DNA from: Camelus dromedarius
Lineage: Eukaryota
Assembly: GCF_036321535.1 (NCBI RefSeq)
Contig: NC_087458.1
Span: 7,626,001 to 7,690,000 of the forward strand
Direction of reading: 5' to 3'
DNA length: 64,000 nt
A program made the translations under genes and the position numbers. Numbering within the stretch: the stretch's first letter is position 1; each line of letters begins with the position of its first letter. This document shows, in pieces, positions 38,480 to 51,200 of the stretch. A model generated the notes under the pieces. That model was not told where the DNA came from and searched no databases. It saw only the letters and a list, made by a program, of their open reading frames with translations.

Positions 38480-39290
38480 ATATTTTAATTATAAAGATAC
38501 ATTTTGGTGAAAGTAAGTGCATGGTTAAAAATATACCATGCTCACAGTAAGCAGAGGAAGGTTGGAGTGGTTATATTAATCTCAGGTAGAGTCGACTTTA
38601 AGGCAAATGTACTGCCAGAGATAAAGAGGGACATTCCATAATGATATATAGGTTAGGATAAACCATTCTATTCAAGCAGTGGAGTGCTACTTAGCCTTAA
38701 AAAGGAACAAACTACTGATTCAACAACACAAGTGAATCTCAAAAGTGTTACGCTGACTGAAAGACATCTCACAGAAGAGAACGCACGTTGTACCATTCCG
38801 TTTATTTGAAGCTCTGGAACACGCAATATTAATACATGGTGGAAAAAACCTAAAAACAAAGGTTGCTGTTGGGTGGACTGGGAAAGAGGATTGACTGGGA
38901 ACTGACTGATGATTCTGTATTTTGATATAGGCGTTTGGGTTACGCAAGTCGGTGCATTTGTCAAAACTCATCAAATGGTACACTTAAGATTTGTGCATTT
39001 CATTGAAGTAAATTTTACCTTAAAAAGAAACTGTAAACAAATATTGAACTCTAATTAATGATATCCATAAAGAAAGGTTTAGAGGTGAAGTATATTGATG
39101 TCTGCAGCATGCTCTGAAATGCAGCAAAAAGTGGATTAATGGATAGATGGAAGGATGGACAGATAGTTATGTGACAAAGCAAATAAAATGTTATTGTAGA
39201 ATTTAGGTAGTGGTTATCTGAGTTTTTGCTGGAAAAATTTCAACTTTTTTGTATGTTTGAATATTTTCATAATAAAATGTTGAAATTAAG
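38480..39290 (+). mobile_element. L1M fragments
   Basis: CAACAACACAAGTGAATCTCAAAAG...GGTACACTTAAGATTTGTGCATTTCATTG...TTTCATAATAAAATGTTG are L1M 3'UTR signatures. Confidence 0.55.
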
Positions 39291-39858
39291 GGTCCTTATG
39301 TTTAGAGATATATACAAAAACATACGCATATGATGTCTGCGGTTTGCCTCAAAATAACCTTGGTAGACGGGCCTGGGTTGGGGTGTGGATGTAATAAAAT
39401 TGGTTATAGATGGCCAATTGTTTTATCTGGGTGATATGTACTTGTGACTCTAGGATAAATACAGCAATTGAATTGCTTTATAAATGAGACTTTTTTTTCC
39501 AGCAATTAACACATTGTAAATTGACTATACTTCAATTAAAAAAATTTTTTAAATAATTCCTAATCAAAAAAAAAAAAGAGGGAGAGAGATGTTTTACAGC
39601 ATCACTGCATTCTCTGTGATGAAATAATCCTGAATTTGTTGTTCCTTCTTCCTTTATTTCTTCATTGATTCATTCATTCATTTACCGAGTGCCTCTCGTA
39701 TGTCAGGCACTGATCTTGGAGCTAGGAATAGAGCAGTGGACAGAACGAAGTCTGCCTCATGGAGTTTTCATTTTAGTATAGGGAGATTGACAATAAGAAA
39801 ACAAGTAAATACATAGTATATCAGGTGGTGATAAGGACTATTAAAATATAGAGTATAC

Positions 39859-40330
39859 GTAGTTCTCCAAATGGGGCCAAGGACTCCTGAGTGTTCCTAA
39901 AACACTTTTAGGGGATCCGTGAGGTCAAGACAATTTTTGTGTAACACTAAGACATTATTTGCCTTCACTCTCATTTTCTAATGAGTATACGGTGGATTCT
40001 TCCAGAGGCTGCATGGATGTGATATTACAACGGATTGGATGCAGAAGCAGATATGAGAATCCAGTTATTTTTCTATTAAGCCAGACGTTAAAGAGATTTG
40101 TAAAAATGTAAATAGTGCTCTCATTAACTTTGCTTTGAATAATACAGTTATTGTCATTAAAATATTTTTAATGTGAAGTTGCTATTGAATATGTGAGTAT
40201 TTTAAAATACTGTGATTTCTAATAAGGTAAATATTGAGAGATATAATCCACATAAGCAAAAGCTGTTTGGGTCCTCAGTTTTTTTAAGAGTGTAAAAGGG
40301 TCCTGAAACCAAAATGTGTGAAAACCAGTG
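39859..40330. mobile_element. hAT-Charlie-type DNA transposon (MER) remnant
   Basis: Degenerate CAGTGGTTCTC-like termini (AGTTCTCCAAA ... GAAAACCAGTG) and the characteristic body GAGGTCAAGACAATTTTT...GCAGAAGCAGATATGAGAATCCAG. Family assigned from memory. Confidence 0.6.
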
Positions 40331-40940
40331 GTGTAGTACAGTGGGGGGATGGGGAAGATTGTGGGAGGAAGGGGAAGCCTTACTGATAAGGTAGCATTTG
40401 AGCAGAGACCTGAAGGTAGGGAAGGAATGAACTATATGGGAGTAGAACATTCCAGGCCAAGGGGACAGAGAGTGCCAAGGCTATGAGATGTGCCTGGAAT
40501 TCTGGAAGAACAGAGAGATCAAGATGGTTGCAGTGTCATGACTGCAAGGAAGAGTGGAAGGAGGTGAGATCAGGGAGGTGATGAGGAGGAGGCTATTTTA
40601 ATCAGGCAAGAGGTGAGGGTGGCTTGGACCAGGTGGTAGCTGTGGAGGTGGTACAAAATATCTGTAGTCTGAATGTATTTTGAAGGCATAGCTCTCAGGA
40701 CTTGGTGATGGATGAATATGATGTGTGAGAAAAAGAGAAGTCAAGGATGACTCCAGATTCTTGCCCTGAGCACCTGGAATGATCGAGTTTTCATTTATGA
40801 GATGGAGAAGCCTGGGGGAGGAAACAGTAGGAGTGGATAAAGAAGCTAGGTTTTCACTGTGTTAGGCTTGTGATGCCTGTTAGATGTTTAAGTTGAAATG
40901 TCCACCAGGCAGTTAAATACATGACTTAAATTCAGTGGGA

Positions 40941-41277
40941 CCTTTCCAAGTCGTTGGTTGTGGGTTGGGGCTGCCTGAGCAGGTCCCTTGACGGTCCTGT
41001 GTTGAGGTGCTTCAAAGCCTTATTAAGAATGTTTGGATCCCCATGAAGCCCTACTATACCCAAGTTTACCAGAAGATTTAAGTAGGAATGGGCTGGTGAT
41101 AAAAAAAAAAAAAAAGTAAAGTCTTGAAAGCTTCCAGTCCTGGGCCTGCTCACAGTCACCATTAACCAGCTTTACATGGACGGAACGTCGGTCTGTCTGT
41201 GTTGGTTGGGAACGTGGGACATCGTGTTGACTGTAGACATGCTGCTGCCCTTGGGCATGATTAAACACACACATACA
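40941..41277 (+). pseudogene. ATP5MJ: Processed pseudogene of ATP5MJ (ATP5MPL/MP68/C14orf2, ATP synthase 6.8 kDa proteolipid)
   Basis: 41007-41165 reads (GTG)[27 protein letters not shown]..[deletion]..SKVLKASSPGPAHSHH*, versus recalled [29 protein letters not shown]...ADKRSKALKASAPAPGHH. It is intronless, has ATTAAA at 41260-41265, and is flanked by the perfect 13-bp direct repeat AAATTCAGTGGGA (40928-40940 and 41278-41290). Confidence 0.93.
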
Positions 41278-41639
41278 AAATTCAGTGGGAGGCTTGGGGA
41301 GGAGATAAAAATTTGGTAGACATCAGTATACTGATGATATTGAAAGCCACAAAACTGGAGGAGATGACCTGGAGAATGAAGAGACAGAACCTAGAGCTCG
41401 GGGCACCACAAGGTTAAGAGTCTGTGAGAGGAAGAACTACTCTCAGACTCTGCTCTCCCCAGTTTTGATTGGAAAGGCTAGGGTGTTAGATAAAGTCATG
41501 TTCAAGAATAAAAGAGCCAAATCACCCTTATTTCACTGTTAGGAATATAATTTGATTACTGAAAGCAAAAAGTCACTTTAATTATTTCCTCAAATTTTCC
41601 ACCAGTGTTTTCTTTCCCATACTTCCTTGTCTCTGATTT

Positions 41640-41870
41640 TCCATTCTTTCTCCTTCCGGGGCCCTGATCAACCACCGAAGCCATTCACCACTACTGTCCA
41701 TGTATACTCGACCTGAGGCCACCTCTGCCATACAAAGTGAACCACTAGGTGTGATGCTCAAGGCTCTGTCCCAGAGAGGATTTCCTTTCACCATGTCCTT
41801 TAGGGCCACCCCTGGGTAAGGCTGTGATACAGCTGCAGCCCATTTACAGCTGACCTCAGTGTATCATGCT
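41640..41870 (-). mobile_element. ERVL internal (pol, RNase H) fragment
   Basis: The minus strand GGTGGCCCTAAAGGACATGGTGAAAGGAAATCCTCTCTGGGACAGAGC...CACTTTGTATGG...GGACAGTAGTGGTGAATGGCTT resembles the ERVL RNase H segment (ALKDSGEGKSSQWAEL...YTDSWAVANGL) with frameshifts. Confidence 0.6.
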
Positions 41871-43038
41871 GACCTATCCATGGGCCAGATTAAGTTGTTT
41901 TTAACTTTGATTTACAGATAAGTTAGAACGTACACCCAAGTAAGTAGAATAATATATCAACTCCCATCTATCCCTAACTCAAGCTTAACCATGGCCATTT
42001 CTGTCCCATTCATTTCCTCCCTTAAGATATTTCAAACAAGTTCCAGACATTATATACTTTCACTATAAATATTTTAATATGTATCTCTAAAGGATAAGGA
42101 ATGCTTTTGAAAACTAATGGCAACATCATTATTACACTTGAAAATAGCAATAATACCTTCCTATCAAATATCCAGGGAGTGTTCAAAATCAGGCCTGAGT
42201 TTTGGTTCCACTGTCATTGGCCTTGGAAAGTTTCCCATGAGGCCATAGATAGAAGTTGAGGGAAAAGCACTGGAGCAAGGGACATAGATGACATAGGAAT
42301 CTGGGCCACTGGTTGACATGTAATTAGCATGTGTCTTTTGGATCTACTCAGGCCTGCTCCCAAATATGCCATTTCCCCACTGTACAGTGGATTTCTGCTG
42401 TGCCCTCACAATCTTATGACTCAGTGGCTCTGATAATACCCAGTAAAGATGAATAGCTCTGGATGAACAGTCACTCAATACCCCACAGTCAGTGCTGGGT
42501 CTGTGCTCAAGCCTGTGTGTCCGTAGCTCATTTTTCAAATGATGAGTCATCCTCTTGCACAGCAGGCAGAGTTTTGCTCCAGAACCCCAAGTCTGTATGT
42601 TTGTTGAATGAAGGAAGGCTCTGCCTTCTACCAAATCTCCTCTATTCAAGAATTGTTATGTCGCTGGGGTTGCTGGTCTGATGGCCTTTCCTGAATGTGC
42701 TTGTCCTGGGCCTCAGATCCTGCTGGCCATCCCCTCCAGCTGATGACAGGAGAACACATCAAGACTGTGTCTGCCCCCTCCATCCATTCCTGTCCCCAGA
42801 GACACGTGTGGCCCGAAGTATGTTGGAGACAGCAATGCATTTGCCCTCTCTGCTCAGCCAGTCAGAACAATAATAATTATATCTGTTGAGTGCTTATGAA
42901 AATGCCAGCACTCTACATCAACTATTTGTAATCCTGTAACAGTCCTACAAAGGGAATATAATTAGTCCTATAGATAAGGAAACTGAGACTCAAAGAGGGC
43001 TCAACAATTTGCCTGAGGTCATACAGCAAAGATGTGTT

Positions 43039-43064
43039 GAATGAATGAATGAATGAATGAATGA
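43039..43064. repeat. (GAAT)n microsatellite
   Basis: Direct reading. Confidence 0.85.
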
Positions 43065-44719
43065 ACGAACGAGTGTCTTACTGATTCTGGTGCTTTGCCT
43101 TTTCTCTTCTGTTCTCCATAAACACTGAGGATAGTTTGATGGAGCAAAAAGAGCCAATTGGCTTTGGGGATTCCTGAGCAGGGAGGAGGAGGAGGTGACC
43201 CCAGTAAAGAACAACTCCAAGCAACCCCAAGTTACTCAGTAACCCAAGCCCTGGTCGGCATGGACAGCCTGGCCAGGCTGGGCTAGGGCAAGCAGCAGAC
43301 GCCAGTTCCCCTTGGCCACCCTCAAGTTCCTGGCTGGTCACAGCTGGAAACTGGAGATGGAAGGTCAAAGATTAGGCACACCCCAGGCCAGGCAGGATGG
43401 GAGCTGGTGACAGAGTTGGAGCACTTCAGAGGAGGTCTGGGGTGGAAGGAGGGGTGAAAGATGAAGCTTTCCCTCCATTCTGTCGGTTTCCAGAGAAGGC
43501 AAGAAGGACAGCCAAAGGCCCTGACAGCGATAAGGAAACGATGGACTAAGATTCTCCACAATGCGTGGTGGGCCAAGGGAGTCCTCACAGGTGGAGGCCT
43601 ACCAGGAGAGCCCTCAGACAGGGTGACTGGGCCAGGGGGACCCTAAGAAGGGGAGGACTGTCGGGGTCTTATGCTCTGCTGGACCAAGGGTGATACCAGC
43701 TAGTACTCATTCACTGTTAAAATACCAAGCTCCTCCTATAAAGGTTGATAAATGGCAGTTGCCCAAAAGTCTCCAAGTGTATCCTCGATAGGCTGGCCCA
43801 GCTATCCTGGCCCTTCCAAGGGGCTCCCTCTAGACCTCCCACAATCCAGCGAATAAAGGGTTAACATCTGCCAGGGCTGGGGGCCTCTAAGACCAGACTC
43901 TGTTGCAAGTGTTGTCTGGAATCTCAGGTTATAGCCCCAGGACCTGGCCCAGGATTGATACTAAGTGAATCTTTGTTAAATGAATGAATGAGCAACAGAG
44001 GAGGGGGAAAATCAGAGATTCAGAGGAATTCAGAGAGACCAAGAGACACAACAGGTGAGATAGAGATGGAGGAGACTGGAACCAGGGTGGAGGCTCCCAG
44101 AAGATGACCCAGCCCACTTCTCCTTCCTATCTCACATTCTATAGCTTTTGAAGATTCTTCCCCTTGCAGGGCCTATCTAGTCCCTGCCTGGACAACTCAG
44201 GTCAACCTCCAACTTCCAAACAGGGCTCAGGAAGGAGACTGTGTCTCTGGAGTAGAAGGCTGGACCTGGGAGGATCCCCCAGATGCTGAGTTATCCAAGA
44301 ATCATTATCCAGAGGCTGCTGACCAGACATCTTCTCTTCCCTCTGCCCTCCCCTCCCCTCTGGCCACCTGCAGAGAAGTTAGGAAACAGCCATCCTGCTG
44401 ACCAAATAGTGACAGAGAGCTACAGGGCCAGGGGCCACCGAGGGCCAGAAAGTCTGCACAGCCTGCTAGAAGCAGTGCTATCAGATGCAGCTACCTAGCG
44501 GTTGACCCCCACCCTCCCATCCCTGCCTGGCTGGGCACCTAGCATCCAACTGTCTGGAGAGCCAGCTCTTTATCTCTGTTCTCCATTGCTTTTTCTGTTG
44601 GGAAAAGACTGAGTAACCCCACAGCTCTCTCTTGTGTTAACCCTGGAGGGGCCCAGCGGGGGCCTTTAAGGGCTGCTTATTCCTTGGGAAGCACTCTCTA
44701 AACTAACAGGGTGTTTGAG

Positions 44720-45290
44720 GTGCGGGTGCCCTCCCTTCTTTCCCGCCGACCCCAGCCGGGTCCCGCAGCTGTGCCCCAGCAGTGCAGAACACAGGGGCCT
44801 TTCCAGGGTCTTTTCCAAGGACCTGTCCCAACCGGAACAGCGCCAAGGTCAGCTGGGTCAAGCGAGATAGGACGTGGGGGTCCGAAGGCCCCCTCCCTTG
44901 CTACTCCTCACCCCACCTCAGACCTTCGCGGGCGGGGCCTTGGTCCGGTGGGCGGGGCCTGGATCCGGTGAAACCTGCCCGGCCCGCCCAGGGAGTGTCT
45001 GCCCGCGCTGCGCGCCCAGAGGCCGAGCAGGAGCTGGAGCCGGAGCCGGAGCTGGAGCCGGAGCCGGAGCCTCGCAGCCGCTGCCCCATGGCCGAGACCC
45101 CGCGTCGCGCCGCGGGTCGGCGTCTGCAGCTGCCCCTGCTGTGCCTCCTCCTCCAGGGTGCCACCGCCATCCTCTTTGCGGTCTTTGTCCGCTACAACCG
45201 TGAAACCGACGCTGCCCTCTGGCACTGGGGCAACCACAGTAACGCGGACAATGAATTTTACTTTCGCTACCCAAGTGAGTGCGGGTGAGG
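44720..45290 (+). promoter_or_regulatory. RHBG promoter / CpG island
   Basis: CpG-rich, with GC boxes (GGGCGGGGC about 44930 and 44950) and an NR5A/ERR half-site CCAAGGTCA at 44843-44851. Confidence 0.7.
45025..45072 (+). repeat. (GAGCYG)8 hexamer array in the RHBG 5' leader
   Basis: GAGCAG GAGCTG GAGCCG GAGCCG GAGCTG GAGCCG GAGCCG GAGCCT, ending 15 nt before the ATG. Confidence 0.9.
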
Positions 45291-48200
45291 GCGCGCAGGG
45301 AGCAAGGACTCTAAGCTCCCCTGGTGTCTTGGGAGGGGACACTTGGGTGCCCAGACTTACCCCTAGATGGGTAACCCTCTCGCTTTGAGATGAAAGGGCC
45401 CCAGATTGATAACCACACCCTCTCACTAGTATCTGCCACGTTCCAGGTATTATGCCCAGGGCGGTAAATGCACTTTCTTCTTTAGTCTATGAAGTAGACA
45501 AAGATGGGGAAACTGAGGCTCAGAGAGGTTAGTGGTTGGTTCAGGGTCTTGGTGTAAGAATTGAGGAAGCTGGGATTTGCACCAAGATCTGAAGCCTCAG
45601 CTTTACCTATTCCCTTGTTGGCCTAATTGGGCTTTGCTGGGCTGTTCCAGAAACTTCACCTTTCCTGAGGCCTCCACCCTGACCACAGGGAAAAAAAAAA
45701 TCCTCCTGGGCAGGGGAGGTAAGGAGTGGGGTGCAGGAGGGAGTAATGCAGGTAACAGCTGTGAAGGCAGCCAAGACTAGTGAACTCAGGCATTTCTTCC
45801 TGAGTCCCCCAAAGCTGATCCTTCCTGAGTCACAGAGAAAATGGTCTAACTACCTACCAGATAACCACAGAGCAGCAGCCCCCAGCCCTGAGAAGGAGGC
45901 ATAGCAGTGTCATTAGCCCATTTTACAGAGGAGGAAGCTGAGGCTCAAAGGGGTTGTGATTTTTTCATGATCACCCACCATGTGAGTGGCAGAGGTGGAA
46001 CTAGGACTCAGACATCCTAAGCTCCTTGCACCACAGCTCACCTGCCTGCTGACAAGGCCCAGGTAAGGGGAGGGTTAAGCCCTGCCTCTTGTTGGGGACA
46101 GAGCCTCTCCCTCAAGGTTGGGGGACCCAACCTTGTAACTCTGGGCAACTGGGACCAGGCTCTGGGCAACTGGGACCAAGGACGCTAGATCTCCCAGATG
46201 TCATCACAAATGCTTGAGCAGGTATCTAAGCCTCAGTTTTCCCTATCTGAGCTAGGAGGAGAAAGATGCCTGAGTTCTAAGGATATACATTCAAACAAGG
46301 CCCAGAGTAGGAGAGTCTCCTATAAAAGTCCCAGGCTGTTATTACCCTACTTTTTGTATACAGAGCTGGCGGCAGACTGTCCCCAGCCGACCCAACCCCA
46401 ACAAAGTGAAGGTCACAATGCCGAGAATATGGAGAGTGAGGTGGAGGCTTGGACCTGGGCGTAAAGTGCCAGACCACCAGCCATCCTAGGCAGAGGAGGG
46501 CTACAGCTCCTCCCTCCCCATATTTCACCCCAGTCCTGGCTGCACAAGATGAACCATGGATGCTGAGATCAAAGCCAGAGCCACAGAGCTGGGATGGCAG
46601 ACTCTTGGGATCATGCATTTGTTCAATGAGGTGGGGAGTTGGGAGGGGACAGTCCACATGCTGAGAAAAGTAAGCCCTTGTTTCAGGGTCTGACCCAGCT
46701 GCCTGCCATAAGCTCCCCATTGCTTCTTCCTTGGGACTCACTCAAAGCCCCTGAGCCCTGCTTACTTCAAAGTCCTCCCTGAAACCCCCAGCCTCTTGCC
46801 CCTCTGCTGCAGTGGGAGGCTCTCCTGGCCACACAGCTCTCTGTTCCTGGATTGCAGTAAGAGGAATAGCAGTGGGAATCCTACCTCTTTTTTGGCACTA
46901 GGTTTCTAACCCTGTGGACTTGGGACCCTGGTGTGGGGATAGGTTGGGGAGGAGGGAGATGTGAGGTCCCTGGAGCCCGGGGCTTTGATGAGCTGAGTTT
47001 TCACCTGTCCCTATGTCTAGAAGTGGTCAGAGCCAGAAGGGGGTGTAGCCACTGCCCTTTGATTTAGGAGATGAAAGGAAGTTTTGCCACTGTTATTGAG
47101 CTGTGCGACTAGCCAATGCCAAGGGTATGGCTGCTCTGAGGGTCTGTTATCTCTGTAGGAAGGGCCTTCAGAGACCATCTGGTCCACTCCTCTCAGATCT
47201 GGAGAGAGAACCAGAGAGGTCATGTGATTGCCCAAAATCACACAGCAAGTTAGCCAGCCTAGAACCAAGTCTCTTGACTCCTCATCTGCAGCCTTTCCCC
47301 TATGTCACAAACCTCTTGTCCTACAAGGCAGATGAAGGAAAGTAAGAAAGAGGGGTAAAGACTAGGGAAAAAGATCAGGCTTACAGGGGACACAGAAGCA
47401 AACATGAGAAAGAGTTCTAAGAAAAAAATATGGACAGGTTCTTTTGAATACATCTCTGAGACCTTACTTGCAGGGAGAGGGATTTAGGACAGATGGAACC
47501 CAGATCTTCTCGGAAGAGGTGGGGACAGGGGAATGTGATTGGGACCAGAGTGGTTTGTGACTCTTCCAGGAGAAAACAGCACTATGGGCCCTTTTAGAGG
47601 CAGGTAGGGAAGAGTGGTTGGGGGAGACGGCCTCTCTCCCCAGCTCACCGCTCCCTTTTTCCTGCTTCTCATATTTTGTACCTCCACTTTATAAATAAGG
47701 AAACTGAGGCTTAGTTAAGTGACTTATCCAAGGTCACATGGTGAGAAGTTTGGTGGTGCTGGAATTCAAATCCAGCTCTGTCAGATGGTAAAGCCCCAGC
47801 TTTAACTGTTCCCTTGTCCCATATTCTGACTTTGTTCAGGAGTCACCTGGTGGGGTTGGGGAGGGGCAGTCAGGGAAGGAGCGGGGGTGACAGGTAGCTC
47901 TGGAGGGCTTTTATCTTGTCTCCAACCAAAGAGGCATGGGCTGGGGTGGGGGCATGATGAGAGACAGGCTCCATCTTGCCCCTCTCCCTGGAATCCCCTG
48001 GAGACAATGTTGAGGAATCATCTTACCCATGCCTCTGCCTCCAGCTGGAATAGTCCCTTACCCACCACAGCCCGTGGAGAGTGTCAGTGTGGAACATCCC
48101 ACACAGTGGAACAAGTGATGTTTAGGCTCCAGGTGAAAGGCCAAGGGATTGAGTTTTGATTCCAAACAAACCTCTGGGTGGGAGATGTAAATATTACTGC

Positions 48201-51200
48201 CATTTAAGACAAGTTCTGGAGCAGTTTCAACATGAAATGAGCACGGAGCCCTGCCACCCAGCCCCCTTTGTTGTCTTGCTGTCCTTGGGCAAAGAAGCAG
48301 ACATGCCATCCCCTTTATTGTTTGCACAAGGAGAAAAGAAGTCAGGCAGTGAAGCTAAAAGAACTTAGGCTGCAGGCTGAGTTTGAAAAGGTGCCTCTCC
48401 TTTTCTGTTGGGTTTTAAGATCTGGGAGGGAAGAGAGATCTGGGTGATTTGGGGAGCAGGCAGGGCTGGAGAAGTGGCACAGTGGTGGGAACATTTAGCG
48501 AGGCCAGCAGGCCTCCAGACCCTCACCCCCTTGGCTGCTGGGGCTGGCAGCTGAGTTGCAGACCTCCAGTTCTAGCATACACCCAACCCTCTGCCAGGGG
48601 CTTGCAAACTCATTTCCTATCAGTCCATATACAGCATAAAAAAAAAGTATAAAAAACTGCTTCTCTCAAAGTTATTGATTGCATTCTAAAGTTCAGTAAT
48701 AAATTTTTGGCTTGTTGGTACTTATTCAGTTTAAACAAAAAAGGTAATCATGATTTTTTTTCCTTTATGATCTGCCTCTTTCTACAACAGATGTGAGGTC
48801 ATTTACAAAAAAAAAAAAAAAAGTCAGAGAAGCAGAAGACAAATAATGAGCACTGTGAGGGGCCTTCAGATTTTTATAATTGAGATTCCAGTGTAGCTCT
48901 GAGCTTCCAGGCAGCCAAGAAAAAAAAGGAAATTTGCTCAGTTACATGTTCTCATCAGAATCAAGGAAGCCTCACATATATGATTTTTTCATCTTTGATG
49001 TCTGTCTTCCACACTCCACGAGGGCAGGGACCGTGGCAGCCTTGATGACAGCTACATTCCCAGAGCATTATGCATGACTGCTTAGTTAACATCTGTCATA
49101 TGAATTCAGGAAAGCTGACCGGTTCTTTGGGGAAAGTAACATTTCCCAGAACTAAATTCCAAGAGAAATTTCTCACATGGAACTATGAAAGGAGAGTTTA
49201 GGGTCATGACTGACCCTGTTTCTCAATAAGTTATATACAACAAATGCAATGACACACTCATTATGCTCTTTCTCTAGTGTTTCTCAATTAAAGCCGAAGA
49301 TAGCATTACTGATACACAGACCCAAGACAAAGGAAACAGGACCAGATGCACCAGCTGAACATCACACTAGGTTGTGTTTCAAACCCTATTTACAACTAGA
49401 TGGGGGAAGAGGTACAGAACAAACTAACGCAGAAGCGAGTTGTTTGTATTTATCTCATTTTCAATATTACTGTTTATTATTCTAGTTTTTGGTACACAGA
49501 ATGGAAAGCAAACACTAAAGGCCCCAAATCTACCTGCCCAGAAACCCCACTGATACTTTAAAAAATTCAAGTGATTCACCTATAAAATTAAAATATTTAA
49601 ACTATAAAAAGAAACAAACTATAGAGTAAAATCCTCCTTTCTGGAGTGGCCACGTTGCACACCTCCAGGGGGCATTATTTGCACCTGAGTTGTACAGTGC
49701 AGCAGCCCTGCTCCCCTTCAATTCATTTTCCCTGAAGTAATCTCTGTTAATTATTTAAAGCTATTTTGTAATTCAATTTATAAAATTTAAAATCCTGAAA
49801 ATGGAGAGGTACAGATTCTGACGTATGAGGGATGGGGGTTAGACATCAGGAAGGACTTCCAGTAGAAAGGGAAAATTAATGAGAAGCTGGAAGGGGAAGA
49901 GAATTTCAAGCACAGAGCGGCAGGGGCTGCTGCAGGAAAGAGAACAGGAAATGCTGGACTTTTCTCCGGTTGTCAGAGACACATGGATAGGGCAAATGAG
50001 TGGGGCAGAAAAGAAAGTTGAAGGCTCTACTCTTATTTTGACATGGGGACAGCAAGGATGGTTTGGGTCCCACTGCTGCAAGCTGGCCAGTTCTGCACAG
50101 CTGGTCCAGGCTGGGAGGCCCCGCCACGCCTGGGGGAGTTTTACAGGCTTGGCTCCAGCCTCTAGGCAGCCCTGGCTGGGGAGAGCTGGGGGCACTGGCA
50201 GGGTGGCTCTTTGGTTGATGGGTGGTGGCCTGAGCAGCACCCCCGAATGCTCCCTGCAGGCTTCCAGGACGTGCACGCCATGATCTTCGTGGGCTTCGGC
50301 TTCCTCATGGCCTTCCTGCAGCGCTATGGCTTCAGCAGCGTGGGCTTCACCTTCCTCCTGGCTGCCTTCGCCCTGCAGTGGTCCACACTCGTCCAGGGCT
50401 TCTTCCACTCCTTCCATGGTGGCCACATCTATGTTGGCGTGGAGAGGTGGGCAGCGGCAGCCTCCCTGGCTCCCCCCAGCTCTACCTGGGAAGCTCCTGC
50501 CCAAGGGACCCAGCTCAAGCCCTGTCCTTCAAGTCTGCTCTCTCACCCAGGTTTCTGATCCATCAATTGATTTCTCTTAGGTGCCTTGCCTGTTCTTGTC
50601 GCCTGATTTCTTCTCCCATCCTCCAGCAATACCTCCCCATTTCTTTAGGTCCCTTAGCGCCTAAGAGCAGCTGGGAGAATAGATAGCTTCATGGAAAAGA
50701 GCAGGGTTCAGGGAATCTCTGCGTTCAAGATCTGGTTCTTCCAACCTCTCTGAGACTGGGTTTCCTCAACCACAAAAGAGGCCGGGTGGCCCCTTCTCGC
50801 CTACTAGAGAAGAGCTTAGCCCCATAGGCCCGTTGCCTCCCTGGCCCCCACCCCGAGGGCTGCCCTTGTTGCCGGCCCCCTCTTACCCTCTCCAACCTGA
50901 CCCCCCAGCATGATCAATGCTGACTTCTGTGCTGGAGCTGTCCTTATCTCCTTTGGTGCCATACTGGGCAAGACTGGGCCGGCTCAGCTGCTGCTCATGG
51001 CCCTGCTGGAGGTGGTGCTGTTTGGCCTCAACGAGTTTGTGCTCCTTAGTCTTCTGGGGGTGAGTCTGGATGGGGGTAGAGGGAGGGGTGGGGGCGGGCC
51101 AGGGCCAGGTCCTGAGCAGGAAGGGCATGGGGTAGGGGTGGGGCAAGGGGCTGCCCCTCCACCTCAGCTCCACCTCCCCAGGTGAAGGATGCAGGAGGCT

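Larger units (their letters stand above)
39655..41430 (-). mobile_element. LINE-2 (two pieces, about 39655-39850 and 40335-41430) interrupted by a hAT element and the ATP5MJ retrocopy
   Basis: CATTCATTCATTTACCGAGTGCC start (reverse of the L2 3' tail) and typical L2 body (GAGATGGAGAAG...GTTAGATGTTTAAGTTGAAATGTCCACCAGGCAGTTAAATAC...), which resumes after the 13-bp TSD. Confidence 0.7.
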
